A DNA stretch of 64,000 nucleotides, taken from NCBI GenBank assembly GCA_046726355.1, contig JBKPAI010000051.1, positions 1,106 to 65,105 of the forward strand, in the 5' to 3' direction. The notes beneath the pieces were generated by a model. The model was not told the DNA's origin. It was given only the letters and a program-made list of their open reading frames with translations, and made no database searches. Origin of the DNA: Acidobacteriota bacterium. Its GTDB lineage: Bacteria; Acidobacteriota; Vicinamibacteria; Vicinamibacterales; CAVVIG01. Numbering within the stretch: position 1 is the first letter of the stretch; every line of letters starts with the position of its first letter. Of this stretch, positions 55,708-64,000 are shown piece by piece. A program made the position numbers and the translations under genes.

Positions 55708-56434
55708 TCCACGCGGCGAACTGCGGCGCGAGAATCCGTCCCAGCTGAAGGCCCGATTTCACGCCGGTCCGGTTGTCGAGCAGCCAATCCGTTTTGGTCT
55801 CGGAGTCGGCGAGCACCCACCATCGCGTCTGCCACCGGAAAATGACCGTCGGCGTGATCAGGAGGAAGTTGAGGTCCGGCCGCGCCGAGTCGCCGCCAAT
55901 CGACGAGAGGTTCTGAAGCTTCACGAACAACAGCCCGCGTCCGGGGAAGAACCACACCGGGGCGGCCGCAGGTGCCAGCGTCCACTTTCCGGTTCCCAGC
56001 AGCTCGTCGCTGGCCGTCGGCGCCTGCAGTCCACTGCCGACGACGAACGCAAAGCGCCGGCTGAAATACGGTGCGACGAGCAGTTGCGCGTACGCGTCGC
56101 CGAGCCCGGTCTGCCGCGGCGAGCTGCCGGCCTGCGTATATCTCACCGGCAGCTCGAAGCGGAGAATCACTCCACGCCGGCCGGGCAGCCAGCGCCGCTG
56201 CACGAACGTCGCCTGGTCATAGCGAAAAATCACCGCGCCCTGCGACACCGAGGGAGCCGGCGCGTAAAGCTCCGGTCGAATGCTGAACAGCACGGGGCGC
56301 GTCGGATTGCTGTCGTTTTCGACCGCCGCGTTGGGTTGATCGCGCGTACTCTCAGGCGTCTGAGACCACCCGCGGGTCGGCGCGCACAGAAGGACGAGCG
56401 CCGCGATCGCCCGACCGGCGCGCATGCGTGCCAT
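55631..56434 (-). CDS. putative outer-membrane beta-barrel (transporter-like hypothetical)
   Basis: Signal peptide, TGLGD, PTASDELLGTGKW, alternating beta-strands, C-terminal NLKFGLVWFR. Confidence 0.62.
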   Translation of the reverse strand: MARMRAGRAIAALVLLCAPTRGWSQTPESTRDQPNAAVENDSNPTRPVLFSIRPELYAPAPSVSQGAVIFRYDQATFVQRRWLPGRRGVILRFELPVRYTQAGSSPRQTGLGDAYAQLLVAPYFSRRFAFVVGSGLQAPTASDELLGTGKWTLAPAAAPVWFFPGRGLLFVKLQNLSSIGGDSARPDLNFLLITPTVIFRWQTRWWVLADSETKTDWLLDNRTGVKSGLQLGRILAPQFAAWIKPELWWGPNQSGRWNLKFGLVWFR

Positions 56435-56464
56435 CCCCGCGGCCGTGAGGCGTTCGGGTCGACG

Positions 56465-57232
56465 CTACGGTTGAACCGTCACCGCGGCGTTCAGCGAGAA
56501 CTGCAGCCGCGTTTCAGCCGGGACCTTCAGATGTTCCGTGCCCTGGCTGGAAACGATGGCTCCGGTCGCGCCGCCGGCGACCGCGCCGATCGCTGCGCCG
56601 GTACCGCCGCCAGCGATCCCACCGACGATGGCGCCAAGCCCGGCGCCTCCGGCAACCTTTCGCGTCGTCTTCTTCCCTTCGCCCGAGCCCTTCGACTCGA
56701 CGGGCGTCGTGACGATCTCGTACTTGCGGCCGCCGAAGGCAATCGAGTTCGCCTTCAGCGTGATTTTGTCGGCGCCTTTCATCTTCCCGGCCTGCTCGAC
56801 CTTCGCCGCCTGCAGCACGACGGCCGCGCCGCGCGGGACGATGACCTTGCCGCCCATCATCACCGGATCGTCGAGGAGCGACTTGAACGTCATCCCTGCT
56901 TGAGCGGCATCGACTTCAATCGTCTGCGTCAGGCGCACGCTCAGCAGCGTGCCGGCGGGCAGGGTCACGGGCGCGGGCGCTTTCGACGGATCGGGCGCCG
57001 GCGCCGGCTGCGCCTTGCGTGGCGAGAACTCCACTGCGCTCACGCCATCCACGGGGAACTCGGCGATCGATCCGTTGTCCAGCAGCAGGCGGACGATCTT
57101 GACGTCCGCGCTCATGAACGCTCCGGTGACGACTTTGCCCGATCGCAGCGTCACCTTGTCAGCCGAGAGGGTCGCGCCGGCGACGACCATCGTTGCCATC
57201 AGGGTCGAGAAGAACAGCGAGTGCTTTCGCAT
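56465..57232 (-). CDS. exported hypothetical protein with glycine zipper
   Basis: Signal peptide, a small N-terminal domain (DKVTLRSG), a Pro/Ala linker, LPAGTLLSVRL beta domain, GAGLGAIVGGIAGGGTGAAIGA. Confidence 0.72.
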   Translation of the reverse strand: MRKHSLFFSTLMATMVVAGATLSADKVTLRSGKVVTGAFMSADVKIVRLLLDNGSIAEFPVDGVSAVEFSPRKAQPAPAPDPSKAPAPVTLPAGTLLSVRLTQTIEVDAAQAGMTFKSLLDDPVMMGGKVIVPRGAAVVLQAAKVEQAGKMKGADKITLKANSIAFGGRKYEIVTTPVESKGSGEGKKTTRKVAGGAGLGAIVGGIAGGGTGAAIGAVAGGATGAIVSSQGTEHLKVPAETRLQFSLNAAVTVQP

Positions 57233-57255
57233 GGGTCACACCTTCGTGTCGCGTG

Positions 57256-57798
57256 TCATTTCGCGAGCGGCAGCGCCGACGCAATCTGGAGGTCGAGCAG
57301 CAGCAGGATCTGGTTCTCCACCTGGATGAACCGCGCCGCCGTCTTCGGCGAGATGACCGACTTGAGTCGATCGTAGAAGCGTGCTTTCAGCGCGTTCCTC
57401 CGCGATTCGAGGTCGAGCGCGCCGCGCGCGAGCTTGTCGGCGACCGGATCGGTCAGCTGCTCGTAGTTGACCGCGTACTCCTTGATCAGCGCTATCCGGT
57501 CGTCGTTGATCTTCGCGAGCTCGTTCTCATACTCGCGGTAGACGGGCCAGAATTTCTCGTCTTCGGCCTCGGTGAACTGCATCACCTCGGTGATGATGGC
57601 GACTTTCTGGCTGCGGAGGTCGGAGCGAAGCAGCTCCACGTAGGCACGCAGGTTCGTTTCGCGGGTTTCGTCCGAGGCTGTGGTCGGCGTCGCCTGCGCG
57701 GGGCCGGGCTTCGTCGCCTGCACGCCGGCAGCGGCGTGCGCGCACGCCAGCACGGCCAGCGTGACGACGCCGATTTGCAAGTGGTTCACACGCGTCAT
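57256..57798 (-). CDS. exported alpha-helical hypothetical protein (Spy/CpxP-like character)
   Basis: Signal peptide, MQFTEAEDEKFWPVYREYE, ARFIQVE, charged helical composition. Confidence 0.68.
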   Translation of the reverse strand: MTRVNHLQIGVVTLAVLACAHAAAGVQATKPGPAQATPTTASDETRETNLRAYVELLRSDLRSQKVAIITEVMQFTEAEDEKFWPVYREYENELAKINDDRIALIKEYAVNYEQLTDPVADKLARGALDLESRRNALKARFYDRLKSVISPKTAARFIQVENQILLLLDLQIASALPLAK

Positions 57799-57826
57799 GA
57801 CGTGACTCCCTTTCGGTTATCGATCC

Positions 57827-60088
57827 CTACCGGCGTCGGCCGCCGCCTCGCATGGAGCGCCCGGCTCCGCTCGGGCGGTAGCTCGAGGCAGCTCCTGATG
57901 ACTGCGCGCGGCTCGCGTCGCGCGTGCGCTGTGCGCCCTCCGCCCGCGCCGCCGAATCTCGATTGAGCTCCCCCGTCGCCGGCTGCTGGACTGAATTCCA
58001 GCCGCCGTTGTCGTACTTTTGCCAGCTCCCGTCCTGCTTCCGGTACACGTTCCCGTCGCGGCCGGCATACACGTCGCCCGTAGCGGTCCGTGCGACGCCG
58101 GACGTGCCCTGCGGTCCGGTGCGCGTGACGGCGCCTCGGCCGCCGCTGCCCTGCGTGACGCGCGTCGTCGTACCCGTAAGGTTGCTGGTCACGCGGGACG
58201 TGGTCGCCCACCGATCGCCGCGCTGGACGCCACTCTGGCCCCAACTGCCGTACACATTCGAGCCCTGTCTTGTCGCCGCGTACGTTCCCGTGCGCGGGTT
58301 GTAGGCCTGCGCGGCGCCGCGCGCCCCGTACGGCCCGTACGCCGCAGCGCCGCGCGCATACGTGCCCGTCCGCGGGTTGTAGCGCGCGCCGATGCCGGCG
58401 CCGCCGTACGGGCCGTATGCGAACGCGCCGCGGCTGTAGGCGCCGGTCCACGGGTTGTACGCGGCGCGATACCCGTAGGTCGGGTAGTACGGGAAATAGG
58501 CCGGGTAGAACCCGCCGTAATACACGTACGGCGGGTAGTACCAGCCCGTGCCCCAGACCGCGCACCCCCACGCGATCATCATGCCGGTGTAGGCCGCCGT
58601 CGCCGCGAACACGACGTCATCGTCGTGATCTTCCACAACGGTGACGTACGTCACGTTGTGAGCTGGCGAGCTGACCGGAATCTCGTAAATCTCCTTGGGT
58701 ACCGATCCGGTGACTTCCCACGGGCCGCCGGGGCCTCGCGCCATGAACCACACGCCCTGGAAGCACATGTAGTACAGGTCGCCGACTTTGATGATGTCCT
58801 TGTCGGTGTTCACCGCGCGCGAAACGGTCGTCTGTTCGATCGGCTGGAACTGAGGATCGCCCTGATACTGGACGTCGGGCGCGTTCACCTGCTTCTTGGT
58901 GACCCGCGCGGTCTGGGGAATCTGCGCCAGCAGCACCGCTTCAACGGCTTCGTCCGTTCCGGGAACCGATGCGAGCACGCGCGATCGCTCGTGCGAACGC
59001 GGAATCTTCTTGAAATCGTCGGGCAGCGACGGCGTGGCGAACGTCCACGGACCGGTGAAATCGGGTGCCGAGAACCATCGTCCCGAGACGAGGTAGTACA
59101 CCGGGCCGTTCTTGCCGAGCCTGAACACGTCGCTCTCGGTGTTGCTCACCCAGAGCAGGCGCGTGCCGCTCACGACCAGGTAATTCGGAGCGCCGGTCAG
59201 CAGGATCAGTTCCGCGGGTTTCATGCTGACGAACACTTTGGGGACGGTGGCCGGCGATTTGGGTCGGCCGGGCAACGCCGCCTTGACCTCCTTCCAGTTG
59301 TCGTCGGCCGGAAGCGTCGCGAAACTGTCGGGCAGCTTGGCGGCCGGCATCCACGGCCCTTCAATCCTCGTTGCCGTCAGCCAACTGTCGCCGTCCCTGA
59401 GGAAGAGTTTCTTCGTCGGTTCGTGTTCGAACAGATCCCAGTTCGTGTTGACGGCGAACCTGAGATCGTTTTCCTTGATCGGACTCCACACCGGGTCGCC
59501 GTCCAGGTTGACGAGGACCGACGCGGCCGTGGCGTAAAAGATGACTGGCGGGTCGGCCTTTACTCCTTCGACGTTCTTCGGAATGATGTTCGCCTTGTCG
59601 AGCCGGGCCAGCACGCGGTCGAGCCCGATGATTCCCTCGTCGGGCACGAGCCGCTCGATTCGGGCGACGACGTCGCGAAGCTGGTCCTTCGGCAAGTCGG
59701 CGAAGTGAGTCTCGGTCAGCGCGAGGCGCGTGAAGTTCACGAGCCGTTCGTCGACCGCCACCGAAGTGTCCGCCTCGATCTTCACGGTTCCGAGAGCGGG
59801 TTTGGCGGCGCCCTTCGCCGTGTACGCCACCGCGGCGTAGGCGACCATGTGGCGCTGCCCGTCCCAGCTGGCCACCTGCGGCTGAAAGACGCGAATCGCA
59901 CCGCCGCTCGGCGTCGCGTAGTCGCGGGGCCATCCACCGTCGCCCTCCCGGATTGCCGCCGCCGCTTTGGCTGAAGACGGCGGCAATCCGGCTTGCGCGC
60001 TCACCGCCGGCGCCAGCGTCGGGAGGAACGCCGCACCGGCGGCCGCGAAGGCCGCTACCGCGCGCGAAACGCTTCGCTTGACTCTCAC
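57827..60088 (-). CDS. large exported repeat protein of unknown function
   Basis: Signal peptide after GTG 60088 (the ORF track starts at 60148), three ~105-aa NT..D...W...GPW repeats, a Tyr/Pro-rich segment, three 26-aa YNPxTG repeats and a Gly/Arg-rich tail. Confidence 0.75.
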   Translation of the reverse strand: MRVKRSVSRAVAAFAAAGAAFLPTLAPAVSAQAGLPPSSAKAAAAIREGDGGWPRDYATPSGGAIRVFQPQVASWDGQRHMVAYAAVAYTAKGAAKPALGTVKIEADTSVAVDERLVNFTRLALTETHFADLPKDQLRDVVARIERLVPDEGIIGLDRVLARLDKANIIPKNVEGVKADPPVIFYATAASVLVNLDGDPVWSPIKENDLRFAVNTNWDLFEHEPTKKLFLRDGDSWLTATRIEGPWMPAAKLPDSFATLPADDNWKEVKAALPGRPKSPATVPKVFVSMKPAELILLTGAPNYLVVSGTRLLWVSNTESDVFRLGKNGPVYYLVSGRWFSAPDFTGPWTFATPSLPDDFKKIPRSHERSRVLASVPGTDEAVEAVLLAQIPQTARVTKKQVNAPDVQYQGDPQFQPIEQTTVSRAVNTDKDIIKVGDLYYMCFQGVWFMARGPGGPWEVTGSVPKEIYEIPVSSPAHNVTYVTVVEDHDDDVVFAATAAYTGMMIAWGCAVWGTGWYYPPYVYYGGFYPAYFPYYPTYGYRAAYNPWTGAYSRGAFAYGPYGGAGIGARYNPRTGTYARGAAAYGPYGARGAAQAYNPRTGTYAATRQGSNVYGSWGQSGVQRGDRWATTSRVTSNLTGTTTRVTQGSGGRGAVTRTGPQGTSGVARTATGDVYAGRDGNVYRKQDGSWQKYDNGGWNSVQQPATGELNRDSAARAEGAQRTRDASRAQSSGAASSYRPSGAGRSMRGGGRRR

Positions 60089-60122
60089 CTTGGGCCTCCT
60101 GTGCAACGCAGGCCGTCGGCGA

Positions 60123-60464
60123 TCATTGCAGGGAGGCTCGAACTTCATCCATAAAGTCGAGTCCGCGCGTTTCGTGATCGAGCGCGAATTCGATGCGCGG
60201 CGGCTGAACCGCGCCTTCGATCAGCGAGACCAGCTGCGAGAACGTATCGGATCGCAGCCGGCGCCGCAGGTCCTCCTCGGTCTGCCATTCCTCGACATAG
60301 CGGACCGCACCGCGCTTTCCGATGTCGGTCAACACCGAACAGCCGATGCATCCGCGCGTGGTCCGCGTGTCGGCGGCGAGCGAGTGCAGCGCCAGGGTGA
60401 TTGGACGCGTTTGGCCGAGCGGCACGAACCACTCGATGGTCATCCGCACACACGTCGAAAGCAT
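60123..60464 (-). CDS. small ABM-like (dimeric alpha/beta barrel) protein
   Basis: TRTTRGCIGCSV...RYVEEWQTEEDL pattern. Start is ATG 60464 (alternative 60509). Confidence 0.62.
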   Translation of the reverse strand: MLSTCVRMTIEWFVPLGQTRPITLALHSLAADTRTTRGCIGCSVLTDIGKRGAVRYVEEWQTEEDLRRRLRSDTFSQLVSLIEGAVQPPRIEFALDHETRGLDFMDEVRASLQ

Positions 60465-60531
60465 TGTGACACCCAACTTTGTCCGGGCTCCCCATCTGGA
60501 ACGCGACATGCTCGAACGATGCGGGTGGACG

Positions 60532-60547
60532 AGCAGGCTGCATGCCA
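60532..60547 (-). promoter_or_regulatory. putative sigma54 -24/-12 promoter of the ABM/exported-protein block
   Basis: Minus strand reads TGGCATGCAGCCTGCT (GG-N10-GC). Confidence 0.68.
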
Positions 60548-60663
60548 TGGATCGTCGGCGTTGCGGAAACGGGCAACAGCCGTTGTTACGAAGCTCTGAC
60601 GCCAATCGCCGCGAACGTTCGCGGCAGATTGGGACGCCGCGAACTCCGTCTGGCAGGAGGCGC

Positions 60664-60677
60664 TCCGAAATCTCGGA
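60664..60677. promoter_or_regulatory. palindrome TCCGA-N4-TCGGA, putative activator binding site
   Basis: TCCGAAATCTCGGA lies about 125 bp upstream of the 60.5-kb promoter. A related perfect palindrome, GCCGCGAACGTTCGCGGC, is at 60608-60625. Confidence 0.62.
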
Positions 60678-60688
60678 TCGTCGCGGGC

Positions 60689-61699
60689 ATGGTTCTGGCC
60701 GTGTGCGCCTGGCTGCTGTTCGGGCGCGCGACCACGGCCGCCGATAAGGTCGACGTCATTCAGTTGAAGAACGGCGACCGTTTGACGTGCGAGATCAAGA
60801 AGCTCGATCGCAGCGCGCTGATGATCAGCACCGATCCGCTCGGGAAGGCGACCGTGCACTGGGGCGAGGTGGTCGGCGTGATGAGCCCGAGGATGTTCGA
60901 TATCCAGCTGGCCTCTGGCCAGCACTACTACGGGTCGCTGACCCTCTCGGCGCCGGGGCAGGTCGGCGTCGCGCTGAGTGCCGGAGCGCCCACGATCTTG
61001 GCGCTGTCCGACATCGTCCGCCTTGCGCCTATCGGTCAGAGGGTCTGGACCCGGATAGATGGGTCACTCGATGCGGGATTCAGCTTCGCACAGGCGAACC
61101 TCGAGACTCACTACACGCTGAACGGCTCTGCGACGTACCGCAGCCCGCGGTATCAGTTCGGCGCGTCACTGGCCTCCCAGCTGACGAGCAACGAGGACGC
61201 GGACCGCCTTTCTCGAAACAGCCTGGGCCTGAACGGCAACCGATCGTTCGGCAACCGCTGGTACACCATCGGGTGGGGACAGCTGCAGCAAAACGAGGAA
61301 TTGGCGCTCGACCTCCGCGTCGTCGGGGGCGGTGGGGTCGGCCGCGGCCTCGCCCACACGAGCCGTCGGCTCTGGTCGCTGTACGCCGGCCTGGCGTACA
61401 CACACGAGCGATTCTCCGGAGAGTCGCCCGATCAGTCGGCCGAAGCGGCGATCGGTGGGCAAATGGATTTCTTCACGCCGGGGAAGGAGGACTTTCGGAT
61501 CAGCAACAGCGTCGTATCGTACTTCAATGTCACCGGTCGTCAACGGATCCGCGTCGAGCTGCAGAGCGCGTGGCGACACGAGTTTCTCAAGGATTTCTAC
61601 TGGAGCCTCAATGGGTTCGAGAGCTTCGACGGCGATCCGCCGGCGGACCAGAAGCAAAACGATTCCGGCATCAGTTTCACGCTCGGCTGGAAATTCTGA
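60689..61699 (+). CDS. DUF481-like outer-membrane beta-barrel
   Basis: N-terminal DVIQLKNGDRLTCEI domain, GSLDAGFSF, LDLR..GGGVG, C-terminal TLGWKF. Start is uncertain (ATG 60689 or TTG 60629). Confidence 0.72.
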   Translation: MVLAVCAWLLFGRATTAADKVDVIQLKNGDRLTCEIKKLDRSALMISTDPLGKATVHWGEVVGVMSPRMFDIQLASGQHYYGSLTLSAPGQVGVALSAGAPTILALSDIVRLAPIGQRVWTRIDGSLDAGFSFAQANLETHYTLNGSATYRSPRYQFGASLASQLTSNEDADRLSRNSLGLNGNRSFGNRWYTIGWGQLQQNEELALDLRVVGGGGVGRGLAHTSRRLWSLYAGLAYTHERFSGESPDQSAEAAIGGQMDFFTPGKEDFRISNSVVSYFNVTGRQRIRVELQSAWRHEFLKDFYWSLNGFESFDGDPPADQKQNDSGISFTLGWKF

Positions 61700-61796
61700 T
61701 CAGCGGCCGCCGGCTTCGGCGCTTCGCGGGGCAAGCTGGGCCGGGCGTCGCCGCGGACCAACTCTCCGCCCATCAGGGGCTCGAAAGGACGGCTGC

Positions 61797-63434
61797 GTGG
61801 AGGAGTCCTTTCTTCGGACATTGGCGCGACGGTCTTCGGCTCTCGCCGCGGCGGTCCTGGTGCTCGTGCCGTTACTGGGTATCTGGAACGTGTTGGGAAC
61901 GGGCGACCGCATCGGCACCCGCGAGACACTTCTGCTGATCGTGTTTGGCGTCGGCGCGCTTGCCGCGGTGCTGTTCGTCGGCGGCCGTGTCGTCAACCGC
62001 GCGTGGTCGAGCGCGGAATCGGCGCGTCGGCTCGCATCGCTCGTGGAGTCGTGCCACGATTCGGTGATGTCCTTCGATTCCGACGGGCGGATCACGAACT
62101 GGAACCCGAGCGCGCGCCGAGTGTTCGGATTCACGGCAGCGGAAGCGATCGGCACGCCGATCAGCCGGCTGGTTCCAACTGAAGTGCGGGAGGAACAGGC
62201 TCAGGTCATCGCAAGGCTCAACGCCGGCGAGGTCATCGATCACTACGAGACGGTTCGCCTCACGAAGGAGGCGAGGCGCGTCAATGTTTCAGTGACGCTG
62301 TCGCCGATAAGGGATATCGCCGGCCGAATCATCGGCGCATCGGAAGTCGCGCACGAACGATCGCCGGCGGAGCAGGCGCTTCGCGAGAGCGAGGAACGCT
62401 TCCGACTCGTCGCCGCCAGCGCTCCGGTGATGATCTGGGTGTCAGATGTGGATGGGCTGTACACCTACTTCAACCGTGCATGGCTGGAATTCACCGGTCG
62501 ACCGATCGAGAGGGAGCTGGGGAACGGGTGGGCGGACGGCGTTCATCCAGACGACTTGAAACAGTGTCTGGACACCTACACCGAGGCATTCGTCGCCCGC
62601 AAACCGTTCCGGATCGAGTACCGGCTTCGGCGCCACGACGGCGAATACCGGTGGATTCTGAACATCGGCGTACCGACATGTGCACACGGAGCGTTTACGG
62701 GTTACATCGGCTCTGCCACCGACGTCACGGATCACAAGCGCGCCCGAATCCTGCTGGCCGGTCTGAGTCGACGGTTGATGGACGCGCACGAGAAGGAGTC
62801 CGCGCGGATCGCCAGAGAGCTGCACGACGACATCGCGCAGCGCATCGCGGTGCTGGCGATCGAGATGAGAAGCCTGCGCGATGCCGTTCCCGCTGCGATG
62901 GCCGAGGCCCGCGCGCTCCGCAGGATCGCCGACGAGCTGGCTGACCAGGCGGACGATCTTGCACGGGACATCCAGTCGATGTCACATCACCTGCATTCGT
63001 CCCAACTGGACTATCTGGGCATCGCTGCGGCGGCCGCCGGCCTGTGCCGGGAGCTCTCGAGACAGCACAACGTGGAGATCACGTGCCGTTGCGACGGCAT
63101 TCCGAAAGACCTGCCGAAGGACGTTGCGCTCGGATTGTACCGAGTGCTGCAGGAAGCCATCTCCAACGCCCTGAAGCACGCCCGGGTCACCGACATCGCC
63201 GTCGTGCTGCAGGGCCGCCCTGACGATATCGAGCTTGCGGTCACCGACGCCGGGATCGGCTTCGACCCCGACGCGGTGATGCGAGGCAGCGGACTGGGGC
63301 TGACCAGCATGCGCGAGAGGCTTGCGCTCGTGAACGGCGAGATGTCGATCGAGTCGCGGCCAGGCGGCGGGACGACGATCCGCGCTCGCGTTCGGCTGAA
63401 CCGGAGGGCGCCCGCAGGCGCGTCGACTGGTTGA
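61797..63434 (+). CDS. membrane-bound PAS-PAS sensor histidine kinase (HisKA_3/NarX type)
   Basis: Two TM segments, two PAS domains (WNPSARRVFG; FNRAWLEFTG...VHPDD), H-box RIARELHDDIAQ, QEAISNALKHA, DAGIGF, GLGLTSMRER. Start is GTG 61797. Confidence 0.9.
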   Translation: MEESFLRTLARRSSALAAAVLVLVPLLGIWNVLGTGDRIGTRETLLLIVFGVGALAAVLFVGGRVVNRAWSSAESARRLASLVESCHDSVMSFDSDGRITNWNPSARRVFGFTAAEAIGTPISRLVPTEVREEQAQVIARLNAGEVIDHYETVRLTKEARRVNVSVTLSPIRDIAGRIIGASEVAHERSPAEQALRESEERFRLVAASAPVMIWVSDVDGLYTYFNRAWLEFTGRPIERELGNGWADGVHPDDLKQCLDTYTEAFVARKPFRIEYRLRRHDGEYRWILNIGVPTCAHGAFTGYIGSATDVTDHKRARILLAGLSRRLMDAHEKESARIARELHDDIAQRIAVLAIEMRSLRDAVPAAMAEARALRRIADELADQADDLARDIQSMSHHLHSSQLDYLGIAAAAAGLCRELSRQHNVEITCRCDGIPKDLPKDVALGLYRVLQEAISNALKHARVTDIAVVLQGRPDDIELAVTDAGIGFDPDAVMRGSGLGLTSMRERLALVNGEMSIESRPGGGTTIRARVRLNRRAPAGASTG

Positions 63435-63490
63435 AACAGGTCTGCCCCCAAGAACTGAGAACCATCCGCGGCGGAGACGTGAATGGTCCG

Positions 63491-64000
63491 CTAGCCCGCT
63501 TTCTTGCGCGCGACTCCGAGCCTGGCCATCCGGCTCTCGAGCGTCGTCGGTTTGAGGCCGAGGCGTTCGGCGGCGCCGCCCGGGCCGCGGACGCGACCAC
63601 CAGTGCTCTCGAGCACCGCGCGGATATGGTCTGCTTCGAGTTCCGCCAGCGTCCGCGCCAGCGGCGGCAGCGGCATGCCGGCCGGCGGCCGCGGAGCCGG
63701 CACGACCAGGTGGTGGCTGGTTGTGATGATGGCGGCGCGCTCGATGACGTTGCGCAGTTCCCGCACGTTGCCGGGCCACGGATACCGCTGCAGCTCGCGC
63801 ATGCTTTCAGCGGAAATCGACTCGATCGGCTTGCCGAACAGCCGCGAGAACTCGTCGATGAAGGTCCACACCAGTCCCGGAATGTCCTCGGCGCGATCGC
63901 GCAGCGGTGGCACGACGATGGGAAACACGTTCAGGCGGTAGAACAAATCCTGACGGAACGTCTTGTCGCGAACTTCGTCCTCGAGGTTGCGATTGGTGGC
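63491..64000 (-). CDS. sigma54-dependent activator (bEBP), FhlA-like, C-terminal part (5' end beyond the right edge)
   Basis: Motifs ATNRNL, FRQDLFYRLNVFPI..PPLRDR, WPGNVRELRNVIERA, and HTH GRVRGPGGAAERLGLKPTTLESRMARLG. Confidence 0.92.
   Translation of the reverse strand, partial: ATNRNLEDEVRDKTFRQDLFYRLNVFPIVVPPLRDRAEDIPGLVWTFIDEFSRLFGKPIESISAESMRELQRYPWPGNVRELRNVIERAAIITTSHHLVVPAPRPPAGMPLPPLARTLAELEADHIRAVLESTGGRVRGPGGAAERLGLKPTTLESRMARLGVARKKAG

Overview
This is a gene-dense, GC-rich bacterial window. The style of its exported proteins suggests Acidobacteriota, but that is weak inference. I saw no rRNA, tRNA, CRISPR array, integrase or transposase. Almost the whole window falls into six operon-like blocks. 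(1) A leftward glycogen/sugar-phosphate block: DUF4136, glgP, glgX, pgm, histidine phosphatase, class I fba, xfp, tkt and an in-frame RpiB-Tal-Pgi fusion that runs off the left edge. (2) A rightward envelope block: beta-barrel, exported amidohydrolase, DcaP-like porin, signal-peptide-bearing glutaminase, MscS and a GH63-like glycosidase. (3) A leftward amino-acid block: AlgE-like porin, ornithine decarboxylase, potE, orphan binding protein, adiA, arcABC, APC antiporter and an exported protein. (4) A complete F1Fo ATP synthase operon (atpBEFHAGDC) with a short delta and a 62-aa c subunit, headed by an exported protein. (5) A rightward RND pump, ppk2, DUF1269 and MscS block. (6) A leftward block of an ABM-like protein and four exported proteins. 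A DUF481 barrel, a PAS histidine kinase and the 3' end of an FhlA-like sigma54 activator close the window. The main observation is that each of the six blocks has a correctly spaced sigma54 -24/-12 element (GG-N10-GC). All four control regions also carry the same palindrome, TCCGA-N4-TCGGA, about 80-140 bp upstream of those promoters. I infer a single ~60-kb sigma54 regulon for acid/energy-stress survival, possibly driven by the adjacent activator.
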